Shown: piece after piece, positions 9,307 through 23,379 of the stretch
Layout: the number at the start of each line of letters is the position of its first letter
Numbering within the stretch: position 1 is the stretch's first letter
Assembly (NCBI GenBank): GCA_963841435.1
Contig: CAWJCS010000006.1
Coordinates: 1,280,001-1,344,000, forward strand
Source: an uncultured delta proteobacterium
Lineage (GTDB): Bacteria > Myxococcota_A > Polyangia > Polyangiales > Polyangiaceae
Direction of reading: 5' to 3'
Length of the DNA: 64,000 nucleotides
The notes under the pieces: model-generated
Databases searched by the model: none
Seen by the model: only the letters and a program-made list of their open reading frames with translations
What the model was told of the DNA's origin: nothing
Program-made: the position numbers and the translations under genes

Positions 9307-11027
9307 CGCTGCTCGCCGTGTGGGCGCCAACGGCACAGCGCGTCGACGCGGTGCTCGGGGAACGTCGCGTGCCGATGGCCCGTGCACGACGCGACGGCTG
9401 GTTCGAGGTCGAGCTAGCGCTTGCGGCGGGACAAACCTACGCGTTTAGCGTCGACAATGGCCCGGCGCGACCCGATCCGCGCTCGCGGTTCCAGCCCGGC
9501 GGCGTGCACGCGCCGTCGGCCGTCGTCGAGCTGCCCGAGCCTCCGGCGGGCGCTTTCCGCCCCGCGCCGCTCGATCGCGCCGTGATCTACGAGCTGCACG
9601 TCGGCACTTTCAGCGCCGAGGGCACGTTCGACGGAGCCGTCTCGCACCTTTCTTCCCTGGTCGAGCTCGGCGTCACCCACGTCGAGCTCATGCCCGTTGC
9701 GGCCTTTCCCGGCGTGCGCGGCTGGGGCTACGACGGCGTCGCGCCCTTCGCAACGCACGCCGCGTACGGCGGTCCCGAGGGGCTCGTGCGTTTCGTGCGC
9801 GGCTGTCACGAGCGGGGCCTGGGTGTCATTCTCGACGTCGTCTACAATCACCTCGGCCCGTCGGGGAACTACCTGGCGACCTACGCGCCGTACTTCACGA
9901 GCCGCTACGGAACCCCCTGGGGCGACGCCGTCAACTTCGACGGGCCCAAGAGCGACGAGGTGCGCGCCTATTTCGTCAACAACGCGCTCGCGTGGCTTCG
10001 CGACTACGGCATCGATGGGCTCCGGCTCGACGCCGTGCACGCCATTTTCGACGGCTCCGCCGTCCATGTCCTCGAGGAGCTCGCGACGGCCGCCCGCGCC
10101 TTCGAGGCGGAGACCGGGCGCAGCGTCGTGCTCATCGCCGAGAGCGATCTGAACGATCCCAAGTTCGTCCGGCCCACCAACGAGGGCGGATACGGCCTCG
10201 ATGCGACCTGGAGCGACGATCTTCACCACGCGCTCCACGTCCTCACGACGGGCGAGCGTACCGGCTACTACGAAGATTTCGGCCGCGTCGCCGATGTCGC
10301 GAAGGCGCTGCGCACGGGCTACGTCTACGATGGCGTGCGCTCGCATTTCCGCGGCCGCCGGCACGGCCGCCCAAGCACCGGACTTTCGGGTACGGCGTTC
10401 GTCGTCAGTCTGCAAAATCACGATCAAGTGGGCAATCGGGCACAGGGCGACCGGCTGTCGCACACGGTGGGTCACGAGCTCGCTCGCGTCGCGGCGGCGC
10501 TCGTCTTGCTCTCGCCGTTCGTGCCGCTGATCTTCCAGGGTGAAGAATGGGGCGCCTCGACGCCGTTTCCGTACTTCACCGATCACGGCGAGCCGGAGCT
10601 GGCGCGCGCCGTGAGCGAGGGGCGGCGCGAGGAGTTCGTGCGCTTCGGCTGGGATCCGGCGGCGATTCCCGATCCGCAAGCGCCGGAGACGTTCGAGCGC
10701 GCGCGCCTCTGCTGGGACGAGCGTTCGGGCGGTGAGCACGCCGCGACGCTCGCCTGGTACCGCGCGCTCCTGCGCTTGCGCCGCGAGCAGCCGGAGCTCG
10801 CGGATCCCAGGCTCGAATTGGTGGACGTCGCCTTCGACGAGCGGTCCCGCTGGCTCTTGCTCCGGCGCGGCTCGGTCGGAGTCGTGACGAATTTCGGCGA
10901 CTCCGAGGTCACGCTGCCGCTCGGCACCGTGGGTGAGCCGCTCGCCGTTTCCAAGCCCGGCGTCGTCGCTTCCGAGCGCTCGCTGTCGCTGCCGGGGCGA
11001 GCCGCCGCCGTCGTGCGGCTCGCCTGA
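9303..11027 (+). CDS. treZ: Malto-oligosyltrehalose trehalohydrolase
   Basis: YELHVGTF, WGYDG, DVVYNHLGPSGNYL, GLRLDAVH, QNHDQVGNRA, GRREEF. GTGA overlap with treY. Confidence 0.95.
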   Translation: MTLLAVWAPTAQRVDAVLGERRVPMARARRDGWFEVELALAAGQTYAFSVDNGPARPDPRSRFQPGGVHAPSAVVELPEPPAGAFRPAPLDRAVIYELHVGTFSAEGTFDGAVSHLSSLVELGVTHVELMPVAAFPGVRGWGYDGVAPFATHAAYGGPEGLVRFVRGCHERGLGVILDVVYNHLGPSGNYLATYAPYFTSRYGTPWGDAVNFDGPKSDEVRAYFVNNALAWLRDYGIDGLRLDAVHAIFDGSAVHVLEELATAARAFEAETGRSVVLIAESDLNDPKFVRPTNEGGYGLDATWSDDLHHALHVLTTGERTGYYEDFGRVADVAKALRTGYVYDGVRSHFRGRRHGRPSTGLSGTAFVVSLQNHDQVGNRAQGDRLSHTVGHELARVAAALVLLSPFVPLIFQGEEWGASTPFPYFTDHGEPELARAVSEGRREEFVRFGWDPAAIPDPQAPETFERARLCWDERSGGEHAATLAWYRALLRLRREQPELADPRLELVDVAFDERSRWLLLRRGSVGVVTNFGDSEVTLPLGTVGEPLAVSKPGVVASERSLSLPGRAAAVVRLA

Positions 11028-11034
11028 CGCGCCC

Positions 11035-12197
11035 TCAGGGCATCACGGTGTAGAGCGCCGACATGCCGGCGAGCAGGTGGTCGTTCACGTGGCAGTGAAA
11101 TAGCCAGATGCCCGGGTTGTCCGGCACCATGTCGGCCATCACCATGGTCGCTGGCAACAGGTCGACAACGTTGACGCGCATGCCGCCGACGAGCACGGTG
11201 TTGCCGTGCCAGTGCGGCGTGTGAAGATCGACCTCGGTGCCCATGCCCATCACGTACCAGCGCACGCGGTCGCCGAGATGCATGTGCAGATCGGGGAGGT
11301 TCCCGTACACGTACCCGTTGATCGAGTGCATGAGGTTGCTCTCGCCGAACTCCTCGTCGTCGGGATCGACGGACTCGGGGTCGCCCGCGTAGGTTTCGAT
11401 GTTCTCGTCGAGGTACGGGCTCTGGTTCTCGTCGGCGACCTCGAACAGCGTGAAAAATTCGCGGTTGACGTCGATCGGCGTCGCGTCTTCGCGCGCCATG
11501 TTGCGCCGGGTGATCACCATGCTGCCCATGAGTCCCGCGTAGACGTCGGCGACCTCGTCGGTATGGCCGTGGTACATCCACATCACCGAGCTCATGTCGT
11601 TCGGCCCCGGTCCGGCGCGCTCGGGCACCTCCCAGTGGTACTCGTAGCGCCCGCCGGGCGGGACGGCGTCGTCGTCCTTGGCGCTGCCGCTCGTGCCGTC
11701 GTCGTAAGGGGCGCCCTCGGAGTCCTTCTCGTAGAAGACGCCGTGTGGATGAATGCCCGTCGAGCGCGTGGTCTTGTTGAAGAAATGCACGTGGATCGTG
11801 TCGCCGACCACGGCGCGGATCACGGGGCCCGTGAAGCCGAGGTGCTCCGTTTCCTCGCTCGGCGTGGTCTCCTCGGTGAAGCTGTCGTCGGTGTATTGCC
11901 GGAACAGCGCCTTCACGTAGGTGCTCCCCACGCGATCGGGCCCGCTTCCGACGAACACGTTCTCGTCGTCGGTGAAATCCTCTCCCGTGATGAGATTCTT
12001 GCCGCTCGGCGCGTAGTTCCAAGCAAGCTCCTCGGCCGCGATGAAGTATTCCCGCATCATCGGCTCGGGCCCCATGCCGGGAGTCGGCTCTGCAAGCGCG
12101 TCGCCGTCCGCGCATCCCGCGACGCCGGTCAGGCACGCGAGCGCCAAGCACGCGCAGAAAGTCCTACCCACTTCTTGTCCCATGGTCATCCTTGTCA
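11035..12197 (-). CDS. Two-domain multicopper oxidase (ceruloplasmin-like), lipoprotein
   Basis: EYFIAAEELAWNYAP, IHPHG, WMYHGH, HTPHWHG, WLFHCHVNDHLLAGM; lipobox VAGC. Start among several Met at 12182-12255. Confidence 0.85.
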
Positions 12198-12363
12198 TCG
12201 TCGTTCTCCAGCTCCGTCCCGTGATGCCGTACGCAAGACGCGTAGAGCCCACCATCCTCTATGCTCGTTGCCATGGCGTTTCTACGCCGTAGAGCGTCCG
12301 CGCCCGTTCGATGGCGCTCGCGTTACGAGCGCTCACGTCCGGCCGGCCGAATCCGCCTTCGGA

Positions 12364-15695
<3,332 letters not shown>

Positions 15696-15812
15696 GATCC
15701 GAACCCCCGAGGCTTATGGAGCATGCCGCAAATGTAAAGGGGGGCGCGCCGAGTCGGGCCGTGCGACGAGGCCCTCGGGCCGAAGCCCCATGCGTCGCTC
15801 GGCCGAGCCGAT

Positions 15813-16193
15813 TCAGCCGCTGCGCGCGACGAGCGTGATGGCCTTCTCGGGGCAAGCGGCCACGCACAGCCCGCACGCGCGGCAGCGATCCACGCCCGGA
15901 ACGTGCGCCGTTTGCTTCTTGTGAGCCCAGACCTTTAGCCGTGCGAGCGGCGGCAGGCGCCGGAACTCGCCGTCGTCGATGGGCCCGACCACGAAGACAC
16001 CGTAGGGACACACGGTCACGCAGTCGGCCTTGGCCTCACAGCGCCGCCGGTTGACGAACGGCACGAGCGTACCCGGTGCCGCGCGGCACTTCTCCCCGGT
16101 CCGGCGCGGGCTCTTGGCGGCGCGGCGCGCCTTTCCTACGTCGAAAGCGGCGTTTTCGCGGTCAGCCGGGAGCTCGTCGTGGTCGTCACCCAT
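15813..16193 (-). CDS. 4Fe-4S dicluster-type ferredoxin
   Basis: CEAKADCVTVCP and CRACGLCVAACP motifs. Confidence 0.8.
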   Translation of the reverse strand: MGDDHDELPADRENAAFDVGKARRAAKSPRRTGEKCRAAPGTLVPFVNRRRCEAKADCVTVCPYGVFVVGPIDDGEFRRLPPLARLKVWAHKKQTAHVPGVDRCRACGLCVAACPEKAITLVARSG

Positions 16194-16282
16194 GCTGGTC
16201 CTCGTCGTCCGGTCGGGCTGGAATACGAGTCGGAGGCGATTGCCCCGCACGCGCTCACTCGGAAAGCGCGGCGTCGCGCGGG

Positions 16283-16330
16283 GCCTTCACGCCTTCACGC
16301 CTTCACGCCTTCACGCCTTCACGCCTTCAC
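16283..16330. repeat. 8-bp tandem repeat (GCCTTCAC)x6
   Basis: Six perfect copies read directly from the sequence. One copy supplies the stop of the ferritin-like gene. Confidence 0.95.
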
Positions 16331-16869
16331 GGCTTGGCGCCAAGCGTCGCGAGCAGGTTCGCGAGGTCGTCGGCGTGCTCTTCTTCCATCTTGAGAATGT
16401 CCTCGATGATCCGGCGCGTCGTCGGATCATCCGTACCGAGCCAGCGGATGATCTCCGAGTAGGTCTCGATCGCGATGCGCTCGGCCACGAGGTCTTCCGT
16501 GATCATGGCGTCGAGCGTGTCGCCCTCTGCGTAGGAGGCGTGGGCGCGCGTCGTGAGGCCTTCGGGATTGAAGTTCGGCACGCCGCCGAGCTGGGTGATG
16601 CGCTGCGCAGCCCAGTCGGCGTGCAGGGTCTCCTCGTTGGCGTGCTGCAGAAACTCCGCCGCCACGGGGCCGGCGTTGATGCCGCTCGCCATGAAGTAGT
16701 GGTTCTTGTACCTCAAGATGCACACGATCTCGGTCGCGAGCACCTCTTGCAGCACGTCGAGCACCTTGTCGCGGTCGGCGAGGTACGCGCCGGTGACGGC
16801 GCCCTCGCTCATCTTCTCGCGAGCGCGTTTACGGATGGCTTCGAGGTCGGTCTTGAAGGGCTGTTTCAC
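16327..16869 (-). CDS. Bacterioferritin/ferritin-like di-iron protein
   Basis: LATEIVCILRY, EETLHAD, EDLVAERIAI, EEEHADDL ferroxidase-type motifs. Confidence 0.88.
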   Translation of the reverse strand: MKQPFKTDLEAIRKRAREKMSEGAVTGAYLADRDKVLDVLQEVLATEIVCILRYKNHYFMASGINAGPVAAEFLQHANEETLHADWAAQRITQLGGVPNFNPEGLTTRAHASYAEGDTLDAMITEDLVAERIAIETYSEIIRWLGTDDPTTRRIIEDILKMEEEHADDLANLLATLGAKP

Positions 16870-17007
16870 GCCGTCAGGCTACCACCGCCCCCGGTTGCCC
16901 GACAGATCCGCGCGTCGCCGTAACGGAGGGGCTGGCGAGCGGCCGCGGTCGAGCTCGCTCGCCGTCTGCGGCTGGGGCAGGTTTGCTCGTCGCTCGCCCA
17001 GGCCGTT

Positions 17008-17694
17008 TCACCCGCGTTGCCAAACCAGAAAGAGGTTGTTGGCGGGCATCGCATGCGTTCGAACGAGCTCGAGGCCCTCGGCGCGCGCCACGTCCGTCAT
17101 CGCATCGACATCTCTCACGCCCCACTCGGGATTGCGCTCGCGCAGCGACTCATCGAAGCGCAGGTTGCTCTCCGCGGTGTGCTTGCCGTGCACCAAGTAG
17201 GGCCCGTACGTCAGGAGCGGCCCGCCAGCAGGGAGCCAGCGTCGCGCGAGCCGAAAAAGCCCGATACACGCCGCCCATGGGGCGATATGCACCATGTTGG
17301 CGCAGTAGATCGCGCTCGGCTCGAGCGGGCGCGGCTTCGCGGTGACGTTGCCGGGCGCCGCCGTGACCTCGCCGGACGGCGCCGTCACATCGAGCTCGGC
17401 GGGCGGCGCCGTCACGTCGAGCTCGATGGGCGCCAAGAGGCGCGGATTTCCGAGCAGCGCGACCCGCCGCCGCAGCGTCTCGAGATTCTCCGCATCGCAA
17501 TCGGACGGCTGGATCGTCCAGCCCGAAAGCGCGCCCGCGAAGTGCGCCGCATGCTGCCCCGTCCCCGACGCGATCTCGAGCAGGACGCCCCGCGCGGGGA
17601 GCTCCCTTTGGAGCACCTCGGTGATCGGCTGCTTGTTGCGCTCCGCCGCCGGCCAGATCAAAAGCCCGTGCTCATCGGTCCCGTGGGCGGCCAT
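17008..17694 (-). CDS. DUF938-family SAM-dependent methyltransferase
   Basis: AAERNKQPI, LEIASGTGQH, SNLRFDESLR, PEWGVRD, MPANN. Confidence 0.88.
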   Translation of the reverse strand: MAAHGTDEHGLLIWPAAERNKQPITEVLQRELPARGVLLEIASGTGQHAAHFAGALSGWTIQPSDCDAENLETLRRRVALLGNPRLLAPIELDVTAPPAELDVTAPSGEVTAAPGNVTAKPRPLEPSAIYCANMVHIAPWAACIGLFRLARRWLPAGGPLLTYGPYLVHGKHTAESNLRFDESLRERNPEWGVRDVDAMTDVARAEGLELVRTHAMPANNLFLVWQRG

Positions 17695-17829
17695 CGGCGC
17701 GAGCGTAGCGTACCTCTCGCCGCTCGCGTTCCACCGAGGCCGATCCGCCGGCGGTTCGCTCCCGGGGGCTCGGGGTCTGGGCCTGGCTCATCGCCCGTCT
17801 CGTGCCATCTTCTGGTGGTGACGGGTGAG

Positions 17830-18564
17830 GTGTGCCGCTTGAGCCTCGGCTTGCTCGCGACCGGGCTCATCGGCTGTTCCGGTCAGAGCAGCGTTCAGGG
17901 TTCGGACTCTTCGGGCGCAGGCAACAGCGGCATGGCCGGCACCGGTGGAGCTCCAGCTGCCGAAGCCGAGACTTGCTACGTCATCACGAGCGACACCGAG
18001 GAGGATCGGTTCGTCCGCGCGGAGGGCGGAGAGTACTCGCTCACGTCGAGCAGCTGGTCACGTGCGATGATGTCGTTCTCGTCGGTGTCACAGGAGATTA
18101 GCGTCGTCCAATCACTTGGCGGCAACGGCTACCAGGGTCTCTCGGTTCATCTGGCGGCGGACGGCACCATCGCCGACGCCGAATTCTCGGACTGTCCAAC
18201 CAACCCCAACCAGAACGTCTGCTACCAGACCAACTCCGTCCCCGCGTCCATCACGACCTGCGAGGGCACACCGGTGAGCGTGCCGAGCGTGGCCGGCTGC
18301 TACGACGAGGGTCCCGACGGCTATCGGATCGTCATCGGTGGCGAGCCCTTCCACTACTACGCCACGGCCTCGAAGGCGGGCGGCCCTACCGAGTCATGGG
18401 GAGCCACCGAGGATCCCGAGAACTTTTCACAGCGTCGGCTCGTGCTGTCGGGCGGCTTCGACTTTCGCATTGGGAGCACGGGCAGGCTCTGGGCCTACGC
18501 TAGCGACCGCAACGCCTCTTCCTACACCGTGTTTCACGCCTGCATGAACACTTCGCTACCCTGA
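17830..18564 (+). CDS. Hypothetical lipoprotein
   Basis: 3' part of ORF 17017-18564: lipobox LIGC, Gly/Ser linker, Cys-containing globular region. Start estimated. Confidence 0.6.
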   Translation: MCRLSLGLLATGLIGCSGQSSVQGSDSSGAGNSGMAGTGGAPAAEAETCYVITSDTEEDRFVRAEGGEYSLTSSSWSRAMMSFSSVSQEISVVQSLGGNGYQGLSVHLAADGTIADAEFSDCPTNPNQNVCYQTNSVPASITTCEGTPVSVPSVAGCYDEGPDGYRIVIGGEPFHYYATASKAGGPTESWGATEDPENFSQRRLVLSGGFDFRIGSTGRLWAYASDRNASSYTVFHACMNTSLP

Positions 18565-18873
18565 GCCGTCGAGGCCGTGCGACATGCCGGCGTGCCCGGG
18601 CCGGATAAGGTTGCACCTCCCACGAATCGCCCGTCTGGCCGGCGGGTCAGTCGTGCGCGGGGCGTCGTCGCTGGCCCGGCGCGGAAAGTTGTCGCCCAGG
18701 CAAATCGTGAGACGCCGCTCGCGCTCGTGCCCTTCGAGCGGATGGGCACGCGCGCATGCCGGCTGGCTCGCGGTCCGTGGCCGCGGTGCGTTCCTCCCTT
18801 GATTGGCCTGGCGGGCTCGGGCTAGCGTCGCTCGCCTTTCGCTGCGATTTTCCGCAAGCGATCGAGGAGGCCC

Positions 18874-19533
18874 ATGAAGCTCGCCAGAAAGTCATCGACG
18901 CTCCCCCTCGCTCTCGTGCTCGCGACGCTCCACTTCGGCTGCGAAGACAAGGAAGCGGCCAAAGAGAGTCCTGCGGCCAAGGAGACCGCGTCGGCAGCCC
19001 CCGTCGCGCCGCCGCCCGCGCCGGCTCCCGAACCGCCCAAGCCCCGCGAGGACTGCCCCGAAGGTTCGAGCGGCATCGGCACCACGGACAAGCCGTGCCT
19101 CGCGAGCGGGGACTCGCGCATGATGGACGTGCAGTACTCGGGCAAGACCACCGAGCAGGGGCCGAAGTTCAGCGTCACCAACAAGACGAAGAAGTCGATC
19201 CTGTACGGGTCCGTAGCGGTCTACTTCTACGACAAGAAGGGCAAGCAGCTCGAGGTGACCCACGGCGGGAAGCCGCGCCCCATGCAGCTCTGTTCCGGAA
19301 ACATCTTCGCCGGCGCCGTGAAGCCCGAAGAGAAGATCTGGGTGTTCTTCTCGTGCGTCGGCAAAGACGTCGTCCCCGAGGGGACGAAGACAATCGAAGC
19401 CGAGGCTAGAATGGTCGGCTTCGCCGACGAGGCGGGCGAAAAGAACGACTTTTACTGGTCGAACCCCGACCTGATCCCCGACGAGCGCCCCAAGGGCGGC
19501 ATCAAGCCGAAGTCCAAGTCGAAGAAGAAGTGA
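18874..19533 (+). CDS. Hypothetical lipoprotein
   Basis: GGAGG RBS, signal peptide ending HFGC, Pro/Ala linker, strong coding codon bias. Confidence 0.75.
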   Translation: MKLARKSSTLPLALVLATLHFGCEDKEAAKESPAAKETASAAPVAPPPAPAPEPPKPREDCPEGSSGIGTTDKPCLASGDSRMMDVQYSGKTTEQGPKFSVTNKTKKSILYGSVAVYFYDKKGKQLEVTHGGKPRPMQLCSGNIFAGAVKPEEKIWVFFSCVGKDVVPEGTKTIEAEARMVGFADEAGEKNDFYWSNPDLIPDERPKGGIKPKSKSKKK

Positions 19534-19583
19534 GCCGAGGGCGAGGTCGCCACCGGCCGCCAGCCTCCCTCACGAAAACGCTG

Positions 19584-19656
19584 TGCCCAGAGCCGGAATC
19601 GAACCAGCGACACGAGGATTTTCAATCCTCTGCTCTACCAACTGAGCTATCTGGGC
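19584..19656 (-). tRNA. tRNA-Phe(GAA)
   Basis: Reverse complement GCCCAGATAGCTCAGTTGGTAGAGCAGAGGATTGAAAATCCTCGTGTCGCTGGTTCGATTCCGGCTCTGGGCA folds as a cloverleaf with anticodon GAA. Confidence 0.97.
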
Positions 19657-19855
19657 GGACCTTGGCGGCGTCTTTCGTCGCCTGACCCCCGGCCGGTCGA
19701 GACCGTCCGGGGCCACGCCTCTTAGCGCAGGGCGCTCGCCTGGTAAAGCCGGTCGAAGCTGCCCCGGGCACCGCCCGGGCCGGGGTTTTTCGCGCGGGGG
19801 GCCGAGGGGGTGGGGCGGTGTCCTCTCTTTCGGGGGTTCGAGTACTCTCCTCGAA

Positions 19856-20935
19856 ATGGCCGATGATGCGGTGCCGAGCGGACAGAGCGCGCTGGTGGCG
19901 GAAGGCTACTTCCACCAGCTGTTGCAAAAGGCCGTCGCGGCGGGCGCGAGCGATGTGCACCTCAAGGTCGGCCAGCCGCCGGGGGCGCGCGTCGCGGGGA
20001 GCCTCGTGTTCTTCCGCGTCGACAAGCTGAGGGCCGCCGACACCGAGGCGGCGGCGCGCCACGTGCTCAGGCGCCGCCCGGGTGCCGTGGAGCTCGACGA
20101 GCTCAAGGAAGTGGACACGAGCTACACCGTTGCGGGCATCGGGCGCTTCCGCGTCAACATTTACAAGCAGCGAGGGTCGCTCGCGATCGTGATGCGCGTC
20201 ATCCCGGCGCGCGTTCCCCAGCTCGACGAGCTCGGAACGCCCGAGGCGTGCAAGGTGCTCGCGGCGAAGGATCGCGGGCTCGTCTTGTGCGTCGGGGCGG
20301 CGGGCAACGGCAAGTCGACGACGCTCGCGGCGATGATCGACCACATGAACCACACCACACACCGTCACGTCGTGACCATCGAGGACCCGATCGAGTACCT
20401 GCACGAGGACGATCTCTGCTCGATCAGCCAGCGCGAGATCGGCACCGACACGCCGAGCTTCTCGAGCGCCCTGCGCGCGGCGCTCCGTCAGGACCCCGAC
20501 GTCATCCAGCTCGGCGAGATCCGCGATTCGGAGACGATGGACATCGCGCTCAAGGCCGCCGAGACGGGGCACCTCGTGCTCACGACCCTGCACACGCCGG
20601 ACGTCGGGCGCACGGTGAACCGCATTTTGGCGCTCTCCGAGGGCGATCCCCAGGAGACGCGCGAGCGCTTCGGTGGGGCCCTGCAGGGCATCATCGCCCA
20701 GCGCCTCCTGCCGCGCGCGGACGGGCAGGGGCGGGTGCTCGTCGCGGAGGTGCTCATCGGCACGGGTTCGGTGCGCGAGACGATCAAGCGCCCAGAAGGC
20801 AACCCGCCGCTCAAGGAGCTGATGGAATCGGGGACCTCCCTTTACGGCATGCAGACCTTCGAGATGCACGTGAAGGAGCTCGTCCGGAGTGGGATTTTGG
20901 AGCGCGATGTCGGGCGCGCCGCCATCGGATTTTGA
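19856..20935 (+). CDS. PilT/PilU-family type IV pilus ATPase
   Basis: ASDVHL, GRFRVN, Walker [44 protein letters not shown]. Confidence 0.92.
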   Translation: MADDAVPSGQSALVAEGYFHQLLQKAVAAGASDVHLKVGQPPGARVAGSLVFFRVDKLRAADTEAAARHVLRRRPGAVELDELKEVDTSYTVAGIGRFRVNIYKQRGSLAIVMRVIPARVPQLDELGTPEACKVLAAKDRGLVLCVGAAGNGKSTTLAAMIDHMNHTTHRHVVTIEDPIEYLHEDDLCSISQREIGTDTPSFSSALRAALRQDPDVIQLGEIRDSETMDIALKAAETGHLVLTTLHTPDVGRTVNRILALSEGDPQETRERFGGALQGIIAQRLLPRADGQGRVLVAEVLIGTGSVRETIKRPEGNPPLKELMESGTSLYGMQTFEMHVKELVRSGILERDVGRAAIGF

Positions 20936-20970
20936 CCGCGAGCGCCCGCGGCGATACGACGCTTCCTCAG

Positions 20971-21963
20971 ATGTCCGCTTCCCATCCGCCGAGCGCCGCC
21001 TCCACCCTGCGACACGACTACACGGTGGCCGAGGTGCGTGCACTCCACGATTTGCCGCTATTCGAGCTGCTCGACCGCGCACGCGCCGTGCACCGCGCGT
21101 ACCATCCGGACAACGAGGTGCAGCTCTGCACGCTGCTCAGCGTCAAGACGGGCGGCTGCCCCGAGGATTGCAAGTACTGCCCGCAGTCGTCGCACTACGA
21201 GACGAGCGTCAAAGGCGAGGCCATGGTGCCGCTCGCCGACGTGCTCGCTGCAGCGCGCAGCGCCAAGGAGCGCGGCGCAACGCGCTTCTGCATGGGAGCC
21301 GCCTGGCGTGAGCCGAAAGAAGGGCCGGCCTTCGAGCGCGTGCTCGACATGGTACGCGGCGTGAAGGAGCTCGGGCTCGAAGCGTGCGTCACGCTCGGCA
21401 TGCTCACCGACGCGCAGGCGACGCGCCTGAAGGACGCGGGCCTCGACGCCTACAACCACAACCTCGATACCTCGCGCGCCCACTACCGCTCGATCATCTC
21501 GACGCGCACCTTCGACGACCGCCTCGCGACGCTCCGGCGCGTGCGCGCGGCCGGCATCACCGTGTGCTCGGGCGGCATCATCGGCATGGGCGAAAGCCTC
21601 GACGATCGCGCGGGCATGCTCGTCGAGCTCGCGTCGCTCGATCCGCACCCCGAAAGCGTGCCCATCAATGCGCTCGTACGCATCCCCGGCACCCCCCTCG
21701 AACAAATGCCACCCGTGGAGCCGCTCGAGCTCGTGCGGCTCATCGCCACGGCGCGCGTCATGATGCCGAAGACGCGTGTGCGTCTGAGCGCCGGTCGCAC
21801 CGAGCTCGGCCGCGAAGCGCAGCTCATGTGCCTGTACGCCGGCGCGAACAGCATCTTCTACGGCGAAGAGCTCCTCACGACGCCGAACCCCGAAGAAGGC
21901 GCCGACCGCGAGCTGCTCAGAGTCGCGGGCCTCACGGCACAAGCGCCGGCCGTGTCCGGCTAG
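20971..21963 (+). CDS. bioB: Biotin synthase
   Basis: Radical [49 protein letters not shown]. Confidence 0.96.
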   Translation: MSASHPPSAASTLRHDYTVAEVRALHDLPLFELLDRARAVHRAYHPDNEVQLCTLLSVKTGGCPEDCKYCPQSSHYETSVKGEAMVPLADVLAAARSAKERGATRFCMGAAWREPKEGPAFERVLDMVRGVKELGLEACVTLGMLTDAQATRLKDAGLDAYNHNLDTSRAHYRSIISTRTFDDRLATLRRVRAAGITVCSGGIIGMGESLDDRAGMLVELASLDPHPESVPINALVRIPGTPLEQMPPVEPLELVRLIATARVMMPKTRVRLSAGRTELGREAQLMCLYAGANSIFYGEELLTTPNPEEGADRELLRVAGLTAQAPAVSG

Positions 21964-22308
21964 GTGCGGCCGCGTGCGGCGCGGCGTGCGATGGGGCGGC
22001 ACGGCCGTCGGCGCGGTGGCGCCGCGTGCGGCGCGGTGGCGCGGTGGCGCGCGGGGCGGCGCGGTGGCGCGGTGCCGCGGGGACGGCCGCGTGCGGCGCG
22101 GTGGCGGCCGCGTGCGGCGCGGTGGCGGCCGTGTGCGGCGCGGTGGCGGCCGCGTGCGGCGCGGTGGCGGCCGTGTGCGGCGCGGTGGCGCCGCGTGCGG
22201 CGCGGCGTGGCGTGGCGTGGCGGGCGAACGCCAGCGACGGCGGCGTGCGGGGCGTCCGCCGCATGTGGCTCGGTCCGGGCTCGCGCTGGGCGCGTGCGGC
22301 TAGGTGCG
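21957..22308. repeat. G-rich short-unit array (21-bp CGGCCGYGTGCGGCGCGGTGG core, about 5 copies plus degenerate copies), bounded by CGGCTAGGTGCG direct repeats
   Basis: 21-bp periodicity at about 22084-22190. The 12-mer occurs at 21957-21968 and 22297-22308. Confidence 0.85.
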
Positions 22309-23148
22309 AGCTCTAGCTGGGGTGGAGGTCGATGGTGGGGCCAGCTCTGGATCAACGGGGCCTGCGCGGCGGTAGCCGACTCTGAGGAGCCAGGTGCGGG
22401 CCGCGACGACCGGGATCGGCGGTGGTGGTAGCTGAGTGCGGCCTGCTCCATGGGACGCGGCTGCCTCGCTACCGAACACGAGCGAGCGTGGCCGATTCCA
22501 GCCCGCAAACCAGGCAGCGGACGAGCACGGGTTGACGAAGCCGGCCGGCAGGGCACGCGCGCCGGCGTGCTTTCCGGCGTTCAAAAGGACGTAGCTCAGC
22601 GCAGCGCGCGCGGCGCGGGGCGTGGTGAGCGCGCGCGCATGGTACCGGTCCGCGAACGCCGGTCCCCGTCGACCGAGTCGGCCGTTGAGCGCGCGCGCGA
22701 TGCGGATCGAAAGCCCCTGGACCCCGCGCGCGAGCGAGCGGCGGTCGCTCGCTTCGACGATGAGATGCAGATGATTGCTCTGCACCGAATAGTGGACGAG
22801 CCGGAAGCCGAACCGTTCGCGGCCCTGCGCGAACGCGCCGCGCACGACGGAGTACAGGGCGGCGCGGCGCAACGACGGGATGCCCGGACGCACCCGCAGC
22901 GTGACGTGAACCGGATGGTGCCGCGATAGCGTTGGCCGGGCGAGATGGGGCACACCTGGCCGCGGGCCGTTCGGCCGCCGCCCCGCGCCCCGTCGCGCGC
23001 CGCCCCACGCTCGGAAGGACAAAGACAGCTGCTTTGGCCGCAGGCGTCCGGCTCCGGAGCCCCGCGGGCGCTTTGCCGGTGGAGTGCTTTCCGCTTGTGT
23101 CACTTGCGGCGCCTCCCGGCGGCGGGTGTTGCCGACGCCGCCGACCAA
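22300..23148 (-). mobile_element. HUH/Y1 transposase, REP-associated tyrosine transposase (RAYT)/IS200-like
   Basis: WGGARRGAGR N-terminus, PVHVTLR, HYSVQSNHLHLIVEA (HUH), FADRYHARAL, ALSYVLLN (candidate catalytic Tyr). Start uncertain. Confidence 0.85.
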
Positions 23149-23379
23149 GACGCTGCGCGGCCGTCGCCCGCGCGGCTGGCGAATGACTGCCGGCTCACGA
23201 TCGTAAAGCCCCCTTCGTCATGAATCTTGAATTAGCATATATATAAGAAGCGTACAAGCGCCGAACGTCGTGCGGCGTTGCCAAGGGTGGCTCGGCGTGC
23301 GGCGCGGGCTACAAAGGGGGTGGCTCTTCGTGTGGCGCCGGACGGTGGAGTGGCTCGGCGTGCGCGTCACCGTGCGCAG

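Noticed and set aside
20248..20970. N-terminal extensions of bioB, and likewise of ALDH, parB, the sigma factor and the amidohydrolase
   Set aside because: They overlap upstream genes in another frame; homology starts at downstream start codons.
22300..23260. IS605/TnpB or IscB RNA-guided system
   Set aside because: No RuvC-containing ORF lies next to the Y1 transposase.
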